From a virus, in IMG/VR virus record IMGVR_UViG_3300044908_000045, positions 58,239-122,238 of that record: a DNA stretch of 64,000 nt. One strand, given 5' to 3'. Numbering within the stretch: the first letter of the stretch is position 1; each line of letters starts with the position of its first letter. This document shows, piece after piece, positions 9,679-18,606 of this stretch. A model generated the notes under the pieces. The model was not told the DNA's origin. It was given only the letters and a program-made list of their open reading frames with translations, and searched no databases. The translations under genes and the position numbers were made by a program.

Positions 9679-10077
9679 TTATTCTTCGGCGTTGGGTGCG
9701 GGCTCGAAACGCGTCGAATCAACATGGAAGACGACGAAGTCGCCGTCCTTGTCCCACTGCCCGATTCGCATGTCCATGTGGTGCCGATAATACGGCGAAC
9801 CTGAGTCACCGTTCCTTCCCGCATTGTCAATGACTGCCTTGGGCAGGATTTCGACGACGATCGAGAGCCCGTTGTCTCCGGCATCGCGGTAGAGGCGGCA
9901 GGCGGGCTTTTGCCGCACGATCATGCCGACGGCGAACGTGTTGACGGTCTGCAGAGAGCGCAGCGCACAGCGGAGGTTCTCGATCTCGCCTTCCCGCGAG
10001 ATTTTCTGTCTCGCGGGCGGCTCATCGTCGTCAGCCTCGGCGCTGGCTCTCATCATTTGGATGAGTGGGTGGGTCAT
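9679..10077 (-). CDS. Phage hypothetical protein, first gene of the leftward operon
   Basis: AAAGGGGA RBS; downstream of the operator at 10108. Confidence 0.6.
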   Translation of the reverse strand: MTHPLIQMMRASAEADDDEPPARQKISREGEIENLRCALRSLQTVNTFAVGMIVRQKPACRLYRDAGDNGLSIVVEILPKAVIDNAGRNGDSGSPYYRHHMDMRIGQWDKDGDFVVFHVDSTRFEPAPNAEE

Positions 10078-10107
10078 TTCCGTCCCCTTTGAGTGATGGT
10101 AGGTGAT

Positions 10108-10122
10108 GTTGGCATAACCAAC
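10108..10122. promoter_or_regulatory. Putative repressor operator (OL-like) GTTGGCATAACCAAC
   Basis: Palindrome GTTGG-N5-CCAAC, 13/15 identical to the reverse complement of the site at 10559. Confidence 0.75.
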
Positions 10123-10185
10123 GGCGTGTGTCTAGCGGAATTTTGTCGGCGTCCCCAACGGCCCTGGCGCGGCATAGTGTCGCAT

Positions 10186-10524
10186 CTACTCGGCGGCGAC
10201 CGCCGGTCCGACGCGGGCGCGGATCAGCGCCAGATGCGCCTTGGCCTCGGTCGCGGGAAGCCGTCGGTAACACAGAAGCAAGGCGGTTTCGTCTTCGGTT
10301 GCGGGGTGATTTCCGTTGCCGTTACCAATCAGCTGATCGGTTGATACTTGGAAAAGCTCGGCCAATGCTGAGAGCGCCTCGCGACCGGGCAGCATGTGAT
10401 CGTTTTCCCACCCCGCATAGGTGCTGCGCTTGCGCCCGATCGCGGCAGCGACGCGGGCTTGCGTCCAACCAACGTGCAACCGTAGCTGAGAGAGGGTTTC
10501 GCCGAGATGTCGGGGGGTGTTCAT
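10186..10524 (-). CDS. CI-like XRE helix-turn-helix repressor (no S24 peptidase domain)
   Basis: LSQLRLHVGWTQARVAAAIGRKRSTYAGWEND...LAELFQVSTDQL; divergent from a cro-like gene. Confidence 0.85.
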   Translation of the reverse strand: MNTPRHLGETLSQLRLHVGWTQARVAAAIGRKRSTYAGWENDHMLPGREALSALAELFQVSTDQLIGNGNGNHPATEDETALLLCYRRLPATEAKAHLALIRARVGPAVAAE

Positions 10525-10558
10525 TATGAACCTATGTAAAAAATCCTTGCACGCCGCC

Positions 10559-10573
10559 GTTGGAAATGCCAAC
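10559..10573. promoter_or_regulatory. Putative repressor operator (OR-like) GTTGGAAATGCCAAC
   Basis: Palindrome between cI and cro, just downstream of a TTGCAC -35-like hexamer. Confidence 0.75.
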
Positions 10574-10582
10574 GATAGGGTC

Positions 10583-10786
10583 ATGGATGTCGAGCAGGTT
10601 ATCGCCGCTGCGGGCGGCACGATCGCGCTAGCGGAGGCGGCGGGGGTAGACCGCACCACCGTTCTCTACTGGCGCTCACGCGGGCGCATTCCGGTCGAAC
10701 GGGCGTTGCGGATCAACGAGGAATTGGGGATACCGCTGCATGAGATGCGCCCCGATGTGTGGAAGCCGTTCGCGGCTGTGGGCTGA
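10583..10786 (+). CDS. Cro/YdaS-like regulator
   Basis: IAAAGGTIALAEAAGVDRTTVLYW...IPVERA...HEMRPDVW is typical of the Cro/YdaS family. Confidence 0.85.
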   Translation: MDVEQVIAAAGGTIALAEAAGVDRTTVLYWRSRGRIPVERALRINEELGIPLHEMRPDVWKPFAAVG

Positions 10787-10987
10787 GCCAACCATGGGTG
10801 CTAGTTGGGGGTTGTAACGCAGCGTTGTCAAGCCAAAATATACGGCTTGCGCCAAATGCCAAATTACCGTATTATGGATGCGCGCCCCTTTCCGGGGAAT
10901 TGATCAGCACCTTTGCGCATCCCGCGCCCAACGCTCGGTCTCTTGTTAGGCAGAGCACACCCATCGGAGAACGACGAGGAGAACGAG

Positions 10988-11953
10988 ATGCTGACCGCGA
11001 AATCCGGACCAGCCACGACTGTCCCCAATGTTGGTGCTCGGCCAGAACTGAAAAAAGCCGACGATCGCGCGGCCAAGCCGCTCAGCCACATAATCGTTGA
11101 AGGGGTAATCACGATCACCCCCGAGCTTGCCTGGCGGATCATTCAGGAGGCGCCCTACGCCAAGCAGCGACCGATTCGCAAGGCGCATGTTGACGCGCTG
11201 GCGATGCAAATGCGGCGGCATGAGTGGACGGGGGGCACTCAGATCCATTTTGGCCGAGTCAAGGGTGACGATCCGCTACTGGCGTTGGTTAACGGCAATC
11301 ATCGGATGCATGCCGTAATCAAGGCTGACACCGCAATCTCGTTCCAGGCCCTGGTCAGCGAGGTTGAAAATGCAGGCGGCCTTGATCGGCTGTACCGTCG
11401 CCACGATCGGCTGGTGGCCCCACGTTCGGTGCAAGATGCGCTGAGGGCGGAAGGCATTGAAGTCCAGCATGATCTCCAAAAAGGATTTGCGGCAGCGTGC
11501 TTCCGCGCCCTTCCGATGATCGAGTCGGGGTTCCAGCACGTCCGAACCCACGCCGATCCGTACTTGCTACGCTCGGATGAGGCTCGGCTGCGGCTCGCCG
11601 AGCCGTGGTGGCCGGTCGCAAGAGTCATCCAAGACGCGGCCCTTGGAGGTCCCAACACTAGGTTCGTCAAGGCAGCTGGGGTGATGGCGGCTGCTTTGGT
11701 GACGATGCGCTACCAAGAGATGAAGGCGTTCCCGTTCTGGCAAGGGATCGCAACTGGCGATAGGTTGGCGCAAGATGATCCGCGGGCGGCCTTGATCCGC
11801 GCCTTTCAGCATCCGCGGCTGCGTAGTGAAGTGAACAGCGCCAAAAGCACGTCAGCCGCGTGGAATGCGTTTTTCCGTGGCGAGCCGCTGTCAATCGTGC
11901 GAGCGACAGCCGGACCGATACGGTTTCTTGGAACTCCATTCGAGAAGGGCTAA
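10988..11953 (+). CDS. ParB/Srx-like N-terminal domain protein
   Basis: ITPELA, QRPIRKAHV...M...W, LVNGNHRMHAV; GAGGAG RBS. Confidence 0.7.
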   Translation: MLTAKSGPATTVPNVGARPELKKADDRAAKPLSHIIVEGVITITPELAWRIIQEAPYAKQRPIRKAHVDALAMQMRRHEWTGGTQIHFGRVKGDDPLLALVNGNHRMHAVIKADTAISFQALVSEVENAGGLDRLYRRHDRLVAPRSVQDALRAEGIEVQHDLQKGFAAACFRALPMIESGFQHVRTHADPYLLRSDEARLRLAEPWWPVARVIQDAALGGPNTRFVKAAGVMAAALVTMRYQEMKAFPFWQGIATGDRLAQDDPRAALIRAFQHPRLRSEVNSAKSTSAAWNAFFRGEPLSIVRATAGPIRFLGTPFEKG

Positions 11954-11960
11954 TCGTCCG

Positions 11961-12833
11961 ATGCGGCTCGCGATTGCCGCGATCTCGGTTGGCTCGCGCC
12001 TGCGCCAGTTGCGCGAGCCAATCGTTCGCGAGTTGATGGATAGCATTTCGATGCTGGGCCTGCGCGAGCCGATCTCGGTATCAACCGGGCTCGGCCAACG
12101 CGAGGGCGGCGGCCCCGAGGTTGTGACTTTTGCTCTTGTCGTTGGGCGGCATCGGCTAGAAGCGTGCCGCCGTCTAGGGAGAACCGAAATCGAAGCAAAT
12201 ATTCTCCAACTGGACGAAGCAGAATGCAAGCTGTGGGAGATTGACGAGAATCTGTGCCGCGCCGAGCTATCGCAATTGGAGCGCGCCGAGCATCTGCTCA
12301 AGCGCAAGGAAATCTTTGAGAAGCGCTACCCATCCGCCAAAGCTGGGGTTATGCGAGCGCTAGGCATGAACCGCGCGCTCGGTCGCAACGTTGACGACAG
12401 CGTTGACGCCAACGTCTCCTCCTTTACCGAGGACACCGAGACCAAGACGGGAATTGCGCGGCGCAATGTCCAGCGTGCGCTGCGCCGCGCCGATGGGATT
12501 AGCCAGGGGGTGCGCGACCGCATTCGCGACCGAGATGGCATTGCCGACAACGGCGTGGAACTCGATACCTTGGCTAGTCTGCGCCCATCCGATCAGGAAA
12601 TGGTTGTCGGGCTAGTCGAGAAGGGTGAGGCGTTTAGTGTGCGCGAAGCGGCGCGTCTGTTGGCTCTGCCCGCCAAAAACGTTACTAAGGCAGAGGCGCG
12701 GGAAGAACAGGAGTTCGAGCGGCTGATGCTGGCGTGGAAGCGCGCTGGGACAGCGGCGAGACGGCGGTTCCTGACGGAAACCGCAAATTGGAGGGAGTTA
12801 TCGAATGGCGCCACTGAATCCGGAACCGAATGA
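11961..12833 (+). CDS. ParB N-terminal domain protein with HTH
   Basis: LMDSISMLGLREPISV, LVVGRHRLEAC, EIDENLCRAELSQLE. Confidence 0.85.
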   Translation: MRLAIAAISVGSRLRQLREPIVRELMDSISMLGLREPISVSTGLGQREGGGPEVVTFALVVGRHRLEACRRLGRTEIEANILQLDEAECKLWEIDENLCRAELSQLERAEHLLKRKEIFEKRYPSAKAGVMRALGMNRALGRNVDDSVDANVSSFTEDTETKTGIARRNVQRALRRADGISQGVRDRIRDRDGIADNGVELDTLASLRPSDQEMVVGLVEKGEAFSVREAARLLALPAKNVTKAEAREEQEFERLMLAWKRAGTAARRRFLTETANWRELSNGATESGTE

Positions 12834-13143
12834 CGACGGCGAGGAGCCCGATCGCGACTTCGCCAAGATGTTCGATCTTGATCGCAGTACGCTGATCAAG
12901 ACCTTGGTGGACGCGATGGAGCAGACGTATCGCGATACCGATGCCGCACGGGACAGTCTAAAGGAGATCGTCTCGCAGTGTCGCGCCGCCGAGTTCCCGC
13001 CGCGCGACATCATCGCGATGAAGCGAATCGCCAGATTGCGCAAGGACGACAAAGGCGGCGAGGCGCGCGAGCAATTGGCGGCATTGGAACGAATCGGGCA
13101 CGCGGTCGGCTACGATTTGTTCGATTGGGCCGCCCAGGCGTGA
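12805..13143 (+). CDS. GapR/DUF2312-like nucleoid-associated protein
   Basis: RDSLKEIVSQCRAAEF...AMKRIARLRKDD resembles the GapR core; DLF near the C-terminus. Confidence 0.6.
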   Translation: MAPLNPEPNDDGEEPDRDFAKMFDLDRSTLIKTLVDAMEQTYRDTDAARDSLKEIVSQCRAAEFPPRDIIAMKRIARLRKDDKGGEAREQLAALERIGHAVGYDLFDWAAQA

Positions 13144-13149
13144 TCTGCC

Positions 13150-13368
13150 GTGACGATCCGACCACCGCTTCCGGGCACCCCGGAGGCTAAGACCTTGGGT
13201 TGCCCCTGTACGCTTGGGCAGCCCAGCGGCACCAACGAAGAGCGCGACTGGGAGCACGATTTCTGGGGTCTCCCGCCAGTGACGGTGTGGATTGTTCACC
13301 CTGAGTGCCCGCTGCACGTCAAGCCGCAGGCGTGGTGCGAGCCGTCAGTCGAGAGCGCCGGGAATTGA
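13150..13368 (+). CDS. Phage hypothetical protein (PGTPEA..GCPC...CPLH)
   Basis: Cys/His motif ORF within the operon. Confidence 0.55.
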   Translation: MTIRPPLPGTPEAKTLGCPCTLGQPSGTNEERDWEHDFWGLPPVTVWIVHPECPLHVKPQAWCEPSVESAGN

Positions 13369-13787
13369 CGTTGTTGCCAATTGTGGTGTCCTTGGATGGG
13401 CCTCCCCGCGGGAAAGGGCGTGGACGTGCCGTCAGCACCACAATGGGTGCTCGCGTCTATACCGACGCCAAGACGCGTTCCTACGAGGCTCAACTGCGCT
13501 ATGCCGCGCAACAGGTGATGGCGGGGGCGGCTCCAATAGAAGGCCCGCTGCGCGTTGACATCACGGCGAACGTGTCAATCCCGCGTTCAATGCCGCGCAA
13601 AAAACAACTTCTCGCAATACTCGGTGAACTGCGTCCGCAAACTAAACCAGACTGGGATAACTACGCCAAAGTATGCGATTCTATGAACGGAGTCGTTTGG
13701 GGTGACGACAAGCAGATTGTCGATGGCCAGGTGCGCAAATTCTATTCAGAGCGTCCGGGTTTGCACATTCGGGTGTCACGACCGTGA
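13365..13787 (+). CDS. rusA: RusA-family Holliday junction resolvase
   Basis: PRGKGRGR, KPDWDNYAKVCDSMNGVVWGDDKQIV. Confidence 0.9.
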   Translation: MTLLPIVVSLDGPPRGKGRGRAVSTTMGARVYTDAKTRSYEAQLRYAAQQVMAGAAPIEGPLRVDITANVSIPRSMPRKKQLLAILGELRPQTKPDWDNYAKVCDSMNGVVWGDDKQIVDGQVRKFYSERPGLHIRVSRP

Positions 13788-13824
13788 ATTGGCTTATCCC
13801 GATGCGGGACTGTGAGGGGACGTA

Positions 13825-14016
13825 ATGGCTTGTTCTTGGGATTTAGAATATGACGAGCCCGATCCAGAGACGCGGCAGGTAACTTGCCGCTGCCGGGCGT
13901 GCGGGAAATTTGCCGATCTCGACTGCGAACGGGACTTCGCGTCTGGCGACATCATTGTGCAGGTCATGACATGTTCTGCGAAAGGCGGCACGCAAGCCGT
14001 GCGGGAAGCGGCGTGA
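13825..14016 (+). CDS. Small Cys-rich hypothetical protein
   Basis: GAGGGG RBS; CRCRACG. Confidence 0.45.
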   Translation: MACSWDLEYDEPDPETRQVTCRCRACGKFADLDCERDFASGDIIVQVMTCSAKGGTQAVREAA

Positions 14017-14356
14017 CTGAGGCTCAGGGGAGCACGCGATGTGGACCGTCGTCATTGACATCCTCGCCGTCGTCGGGGCGCTAGCGATCGGCAGGTTCGT
14101 CGCCTGTCTGGTCCTTGAGTTTCTCGACTGGCCAGCGCGGCAGAACAAGAAACACTGGGATCACCTTGGCGATGGCTGACCAACTCAACCTCTTTGCGCC
14201 AGCGCCGCACGCTCCGCTTTACGCGAACTGGCAACCAGATCCGATGTCTGCGCCTGCCCACGAGGCCAACTGGACCCTGATGACAGAAGGCGTCCTACGG
14301 CCCGGCCAGGACGTATGGGCGGCGCTGTTCCGCGAGATCGCCGATCGGCGGCAGCA

Positions 14357-14554
14357 ATGACCGAGCATCTTGAATGGCGCGTTGTGATCCGCTACGGCGA
14401 CAGCGTTCCCGACGATCGCTCGGTCCCGATCCTGACGCCAAAGTGGATGCGCGGGACCGTGTTTGATGCGCGCTTTGACACAGAGACCGAGGCGCGGGAG
14501 TTTGCCAAGCAATACGGTGGGGTGGCTTATTTGAAAGATTGGTCTCTGGCGTGA
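14357..14554 (+). CDS. Phage hypothetical protein
   Basis: ATGA/GTGA coupling on both sides. Confidence 0.5.
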   Translation: MTEHLEWRVVIRYGDSVPDDRSVPILTPKWMRGTVFDARFDTETEAREFAKQYGGVAYLKDWSLA

Positions 14555-16485
14555 CAGTAAAAATCATCAATACCCATGTAATGGAGGGACTCCGCAGCCT
14601 GGCGGATGAGAGCACCCACTGCGTTGTATGTTCTCCACCATATTACGGGCTCCGCGATTACGGCATTGAGCCGCAGGTGTGGGAGGGCAATCCAAATTGC
14701 GAGCACGAATGGGGAGATGAGACGCGCCGCAAACAATCGCCGCAGCGGGATCACGCGCCTGACGGCTCATTCGGCGACACGAGGGGCACAGAACCATCTC
14801 GCGCCGGCATGACCTATGAGTCGAGCCAAGGCGCGTTCTGCCGCCTCTGCGGTGGTTGGCGAGGCTCATTGGGATTGGAGCCCAGCCTCAGTTTGTACCT
14901 GGACCACATGGTCGAGGTGTGCCGCGAGATCCGTCGCGTGCTGCGGAGCGATGGCACATTTTGGATGAATCTGGGTGACTCGTACTCTGCTCATGCTGGG
15001 CAGCGAAAAGAAACAGACAAGGCGGGTATCAAACAACAATCGAATGTGGCGTCTACAAGCGCACCCAGCCGCTGTGAGCCTACGCTAAAGCCGAAAGACC
15101 TGATGATGGTGCCGGCGCGGCTGGCTATTCGTCTACAAGAAGATGGGTGGGTTTTGCGATCCAATATCCGCTGGTGCAAAAAAGCGCCGATGCCTGAAAG
15201 CTGCGAGGATCGCCCGACGAGCGCTGTCGAGGACGTATTCTTATTCTCAAGGGCAGAATGGCGCGGGACTGAGAAGCCGCTCCCGCTACGCCGCGAGGAT
15301 GCTGCGTGGCTCGCAGCGCTCATTGATGGCGAGGGCACAATCTGCTTTCAGGAACGCGCCGATGCGACGGGCTGCGCGCCGTCTGTGAGCATCCGGCTTT
15401 CGGTCGTCAATACGCACCGCGGACTGCTGGAGCGCGTGCGCGAGATCGTGGGATACGGCGGTTCCGATACACCTTCGCCACGCTGGCGCAACGATGGCAG
15501 TTCGGGGCGACCAGTCTTTACTTGGCAGGTAGGAAACGCCAAGGCAGCGCGCGTGATTGCCGCTATCAGGCCGTATCTGATCGCCAAGGGTACGCAGGCT
15601 GATCTGGCGCTCAAATGCCACGAATTAAATCAAAAGCACCGGGGCCGCCGCGTACCGACAACGAGCGCAGCCGAGCTTGCATTCAAGCGGCGACTGTCTG
15701 CGGCGTGTTCAGCACTCAATCACGGCGAAGATGTTGATCTGTCGTGGTTCAAGCCAGCGAGGCTCGGCCGATGGGTTCCGCTTCCTTACAGCTACGACGC
15801 CGAGGCGGTCAAGGAGGACGGAGGTGAATTAGGCAATAGAAATGCGTTTCGTGGTTTTGGCGATTACACGACTCAAGGGGGCGGCGCGTTCGATAATAGC
15901 AAGCCCCGCAATGGAAATCAGATTGCAGGAAACGATGGCGTCCGATCGAAGCGCAACATGCGAAATTACATGTTGCTCGGGCCGTCGCCCTTCCCAGGTG
16001 CGCACTTCGCAACTTTTCATCCGGAGATTCCAACAATTGCGATTTTGTCTGGCACGTCAGAAAAAGGAGTTTGCCCGAAATGCGGCGCGCCATGGACACG
16101 GGTGATAACCAAGGAAGAATCTGATTGGCAGGGGCGCCTAGCAAAAGGTGCGCCAATGCGCTCTGGACTGGCCTCGGCAGCGGCATCCCCGACTTATGGG
16201 AACTTCAAAGACCGTTCTGCTGAAACCATCGGCTGGCGTGCGACATGCCGTTGCGACGCTGGTGAGCCGGTGCCAGCCACGGTATTGGACCCGTTCGCTG
16301 GGGCGTTCACTACGTGTCTGGTCTCAGAGCGGCTGCAGCGCAATTCGATTGGCATCGAATTAAATCCGACGTACTGCGAGATGGGCCGCAAACGGCTTGC
16401 CGAGGATGCGTCATTGTTCTTTGCCGAGACTCCAGCGGAGCCCAGAGGCGAGGATGAACCGCCAAGGCAGGCGATGTTACTGTAA
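14551..16485 (+). CDS. Beta-class N4-C/N6-A DNA methyltransferase with in-frame LAGLIDADG insert
   Basis: N-terminal SPPY, LRSDGTFWMNLGDSY, HFATF, C-terminal VLDPFAG and GIELNP. Confidence 0.9.
   Translation: MTVKIINTHVMEGLRSLADESTHCVVCSPPYYGLRDYGIEPQVWEGNPNCEHEWGDETRRKQSPQRDHAPDGSFGDTRGTEPSRAGMTYESSQGAFCRLCGGWRGSLGLEPSLSLYLDHMVEVCREIRRVLRSDGTFWMNLGDSYSAHAGQRKETDKAGIKQQSNVASTSAPSRCEPTLKPKDLMMVPARLAIRLQEDGWVLRSNIRWCKKAPMPESCEDRPTSAVEDVFLFSRAEWRGTEKPLPLRREDAAWLAALIDGEGTICFQERADATGCAPSVSIRLSVVNTHRGLLERVREIVGYGGSDTPSPRWRNDGSSGRPVFTWQVGNAKAARVIAAIRPYLIAKGTQADLALKCHELNQKHRGRRVPTTSAAELAFKRRLSAACSALNHGEDVDLSWFKPARLGRWVPLPYSYDAEAVKEDGGELGNRNAFRGFGDYTTQGGGAFDNSKPRNGNQIAGNDGVRSKRNMRNYMLLGPSPFPGAHFATFHPEIPTIAILSGTSEKGVCPKCGAPWTRVITKEESDWQGRLAKGAPMRSGLASAAASPTYGNFKDRSAETIGWRATCRCDAGEPVPATVLDPFAGAFTTCLVSERLQRNSIGIELNPTYCEMGRKRLAEDASLFFAETPAEPRGEDEPPRQAMLL
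15253..15786 (+). mobile_element. Single-motif LAGLIDADG homing endonuclease domain inserted in-frame, no intein motifs
   Basis: AAWLAALIDGEGTI, VVNT, FTWQV, IRPYLIAK; splits FLFSR / YSYDAEAVKE; boundaries approximate. Confidence 0.8.
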
Positions 16486-16514
16486 AATCAACTCAAGCCA
16501 GAAAGGGACTGACG

Positions 16515-16700
16515 ATGAGTAGAACACGCGAGGAACTGGAGACGCAGGCTGATCGCATCTGCAACGCGATCAACGACAAATACGTCGAGATCAACCAACT
16601 GCTGATCCAACTACAGGAATTGCATGAGGAGTTGTCGCCAGAGCCGATGGACGATGCCGATGGCGAGCGCGCGGTCAAGATTCTGGCGCTGCCAGCGTGA
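16515..16700 (+). CDS. Small coiled-coil hypothetical protein
   Basis: AAAGGGA RBS; GTGA overlap with the next gene. Confidence 0.5.
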   Translation: MSRTREELETQADRICNAINDKYVEINQLLIQLQELHEELSPEPMDDADGERAVKILALPA

Positions 16701-16948
16701 AACTGGTCACCAGCGTCGTGCTCTCGCCTACAGAACGGATGGCGCTGCGGGCGGCGCGGAGAGCGGGCGGGCTGACGGCAAAGGTCGTCGCGCATCAAGC
16801 AGGCTGCACGGTGTCGCTGCTTTACTCATGGGAGGCTGGCACTCGTCATCCGTCGGGGGATGCGTTTAGCCGCTGGTGTGTCGTCCTTTCCGACGCTCTC
16901 GACGAAGCCGAGAAAAAGCGGGTGACAACCCTTCATCAGGTGGCGTAG
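16697..16948 (+). CDS. XRE-family HTH protein
   Basis: LRAARRAGGLTAKVVAHQAGCTVSLLYSWEAG. Confidence 0.75.
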   Translation: MKLVTSVVLSPTERMALRAARRAGGLTAKVVAHQAGCTVSLLYSWEAGTRHPSGDAFSRWCVVLSDALDEAEKKRVTTLHQVA

Positions 16949-16949
16949 G

Positions 16950-16964
16950 GTTGGCTCTCCCAAC
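16950..16964. promoter_or_regulatory. Operator-like palindrome GTTGGCTCTCCCAAC
   Basis: Same GTTGG-N5-CCAAC arms as OL/OR; intergenic, upstream of the replication genes. Confidence 0.55.
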
Positions 16965-17282
16965 CTCATCTGATGGAGGGAACCGATGCCCGATACGCGC
17001 CCAGATGGCGATTCCCGCGCCAGCTTATCGCGCGCTATCAGCCAGATAGCCACGCTTTTGGAGAAGGGGGCAATCTCCCCTCCAATAGCGGGAGAATGGC
17101 TCAGGAAAATTTCCGAGCAGATAATGCTGATAGAGCTTGACGGAAGAAACCCCTGTTCGTAAAGCAGTATGCGTTGGCGGCCTAGATCGGAAGTCATGAC
17201 CCGGTCGAAGGCTCTGATGTCGCACCAGCCCGACGAGCGGATTCGGCCGCCAACGTCTTCCCGCTGGGCGGGAAGGCTGGAA

Positions 17283-18104
17283 TTGAAACCTCGGCGCATA
17301 GATTGGTATCCAGTAGACTGGCTTGATGGCGTAGCAACGATGCCGCCAGATCAACGTGGCGTTTATGACACCATTATCAATTTGATATACGCCCACGCGG
17401 CGGAAGACGGCTCAATAGAGATCGGGGAAAGAGAGTTGGCGGTTCGCTGTTGCTGCCACTGGCGGGAGCTGCGGCGCATTCTTGCGGCACTTGTGAGGGG
17501 GGGTAAAGTGACGCAGGATGGTCGCAAGCTATGGGTCACGCGTTGCGCAGACGAGTTGCAGAAAGCCCGCAAGCGCACCGCACAAGCTCATCATAACGGG
17601 GCAAAAGGTGGGAGACCCAATGGGTTAAGTGAACCTGACGGTTTCGCCAACCAAAAGCTCGCGCGCGCGTCATCCATCAACCATCAACCATCAACCATCA
17701 AAGAATCCCCCCCGACGCCTGCGGCGTCTCTTCCCCCAACCGAGCCAGCGGAGAAGGCCAACGGTCATGACCGACGAAAGCCACGACGACAAATTCCAAA
17801 CGATTGGCAGCCTGACGAGCAAGATTGCGGATTCGCTGAAAAACAAGGTTTTGACCTCGGGCGCATTGTTGCCGAGCGGGACAAATTCGTTGACTGGCAC
17901 CGCTCGAAAGCCAATGTCTTTGCCGACCACCACGCCGCTTGGCGAACGTGGGTTGGCCGTTGCGCCGAACAGTCTCCGACAAATGGTCGCAACCAGCCGC
18001 AACCCCGCCGAGGTGGATCGGAGCCTGCGAGCGTCGTTGCATCCGCTCGTCGAGTTATCGAGCGAGTGCGAATGGCTAACGGAAGACCCGCATCAGATGG
18101 GTGA
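17283..18104 (+). CDS. Phage replication initiator, DUF1376/YdaU family
   Basis: WYPVDWLDGVATMPPDQRGVYDTII, NGAKGGRP, C-terminal KFVDWH...AAWRTW; TTG start inferred (ORF open from 17169). Confidence 0.8.
   Translation: MKPRRIDWYPVDWLDGVATMPPDQRGVYDTIINLIYAHAAEDGSIEIGERELAVRCCCHWRELRRILAALVRGGKVTQDGRKLWVTRCADELQKARKRTAQAHHNGAKGGRPNGLSEPDGFANQKLARASSINHQPSTIKESPPTPAASLPPTEPAEKANGHDRRKPRRQIPNDWQPDEQDCGFAEKQGFDLGRIVAERDKFVDWHRSKANVFADHHAAWRTWVGRCAEQSPTNGRNQPQPRRGGSEPASVVASARRVIERVRMANGRPASDG
17674..17701 (+). repeat. Tandem repeat (CCATCAA)x4, probable origin-associated repeat inside the initiator gene
   Basis: Four perfect 7-bp units in the initiator linker, where lambdoid origins usually lie. 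Confidence 0.75.
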
Positions 18105-18606
18105 AATCCGCCGTTTCAGCGTCTCTGGCGAGAAGGCTCCCGATGGCTTGCAATCTGCGTCAGAACTCATCAACGCGGTGCGCCACCCGTTGCCAATCGA
18201 GGACATCATTGCAGCGCTGACAAATGTGCGGGTACTAACAATATCGCGGGCTTCGACCAGCGAAGACCTTGATCTCACTTTGGCGGCTTTTGCGGATGCG
18301 CTTAGTGAATTTCCTGCGGACATCGTGCGAAAAGCCCTCCGCGACTGGCCCCAAAGCCACAAGTATTGGCCGACTCTCGCCGAGATCAGAGCGTCAATGG
18401 AGCCATTGTTGCGAGAGAGAGGCATGATTAGCGATGCCATCGAGCGAGCGCAGAACGGTAATTTTGCTGATCGCGAAAACGGTGCTTGGCCGAGTTGGCT
18501 GGAAAAGATTTGGGGCAAGTTGCCAAATGGCCTGCAACAGCGCCTCGATGCGATCGAAGGTCAACAGAGATCCCCCGAAACCCCGGCAACTGAGGAATCC
18601 GTATGA
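18097..18606 (+). CDS. Helicase loader/inhibitor (G39P-like); start uncertain (frame open from 17629)
   Basis: FADALSEFPADIVRKALRDW...WPTLAEIR, directly after the initiator. Confidence 0.65.
   Translation: MGEIRRFSVSGEKAPDGLQSASELINAVRHPLPIEDIIAALTNVRVLTISRASTSEDLDLTLAAFADALSEFPADIVRKALRDWPQSHKYWPTLAEIRASMEPLLRERGMISDAIERAQNGNFADRENGAWPSWLEKIWGKLPNGLQQRLDAIEGQQRSPETPATEESV

Noticed and set aside
9647-9884. N-terminal extension of the AAA ATPase ORF to 9884
   Set aside because: It overlaps the 9679..10077 gene in another frame, and a good RBS precedes ATG 9647
1-10100. Integrase/attachment site at the end of the leftward operon
   Set aside because: No tyrosine or serine recombinase motifs; the operon ends against the S53 peptidase, so prophage boundaries cannot be set
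15253-15786. Intein or group I intron in the methyltransferase
   Set aside because: No Hint-domain start or end motifs, and the insert is fully coding with no room for a ribozyme core; reported instead as a splicing-less insert
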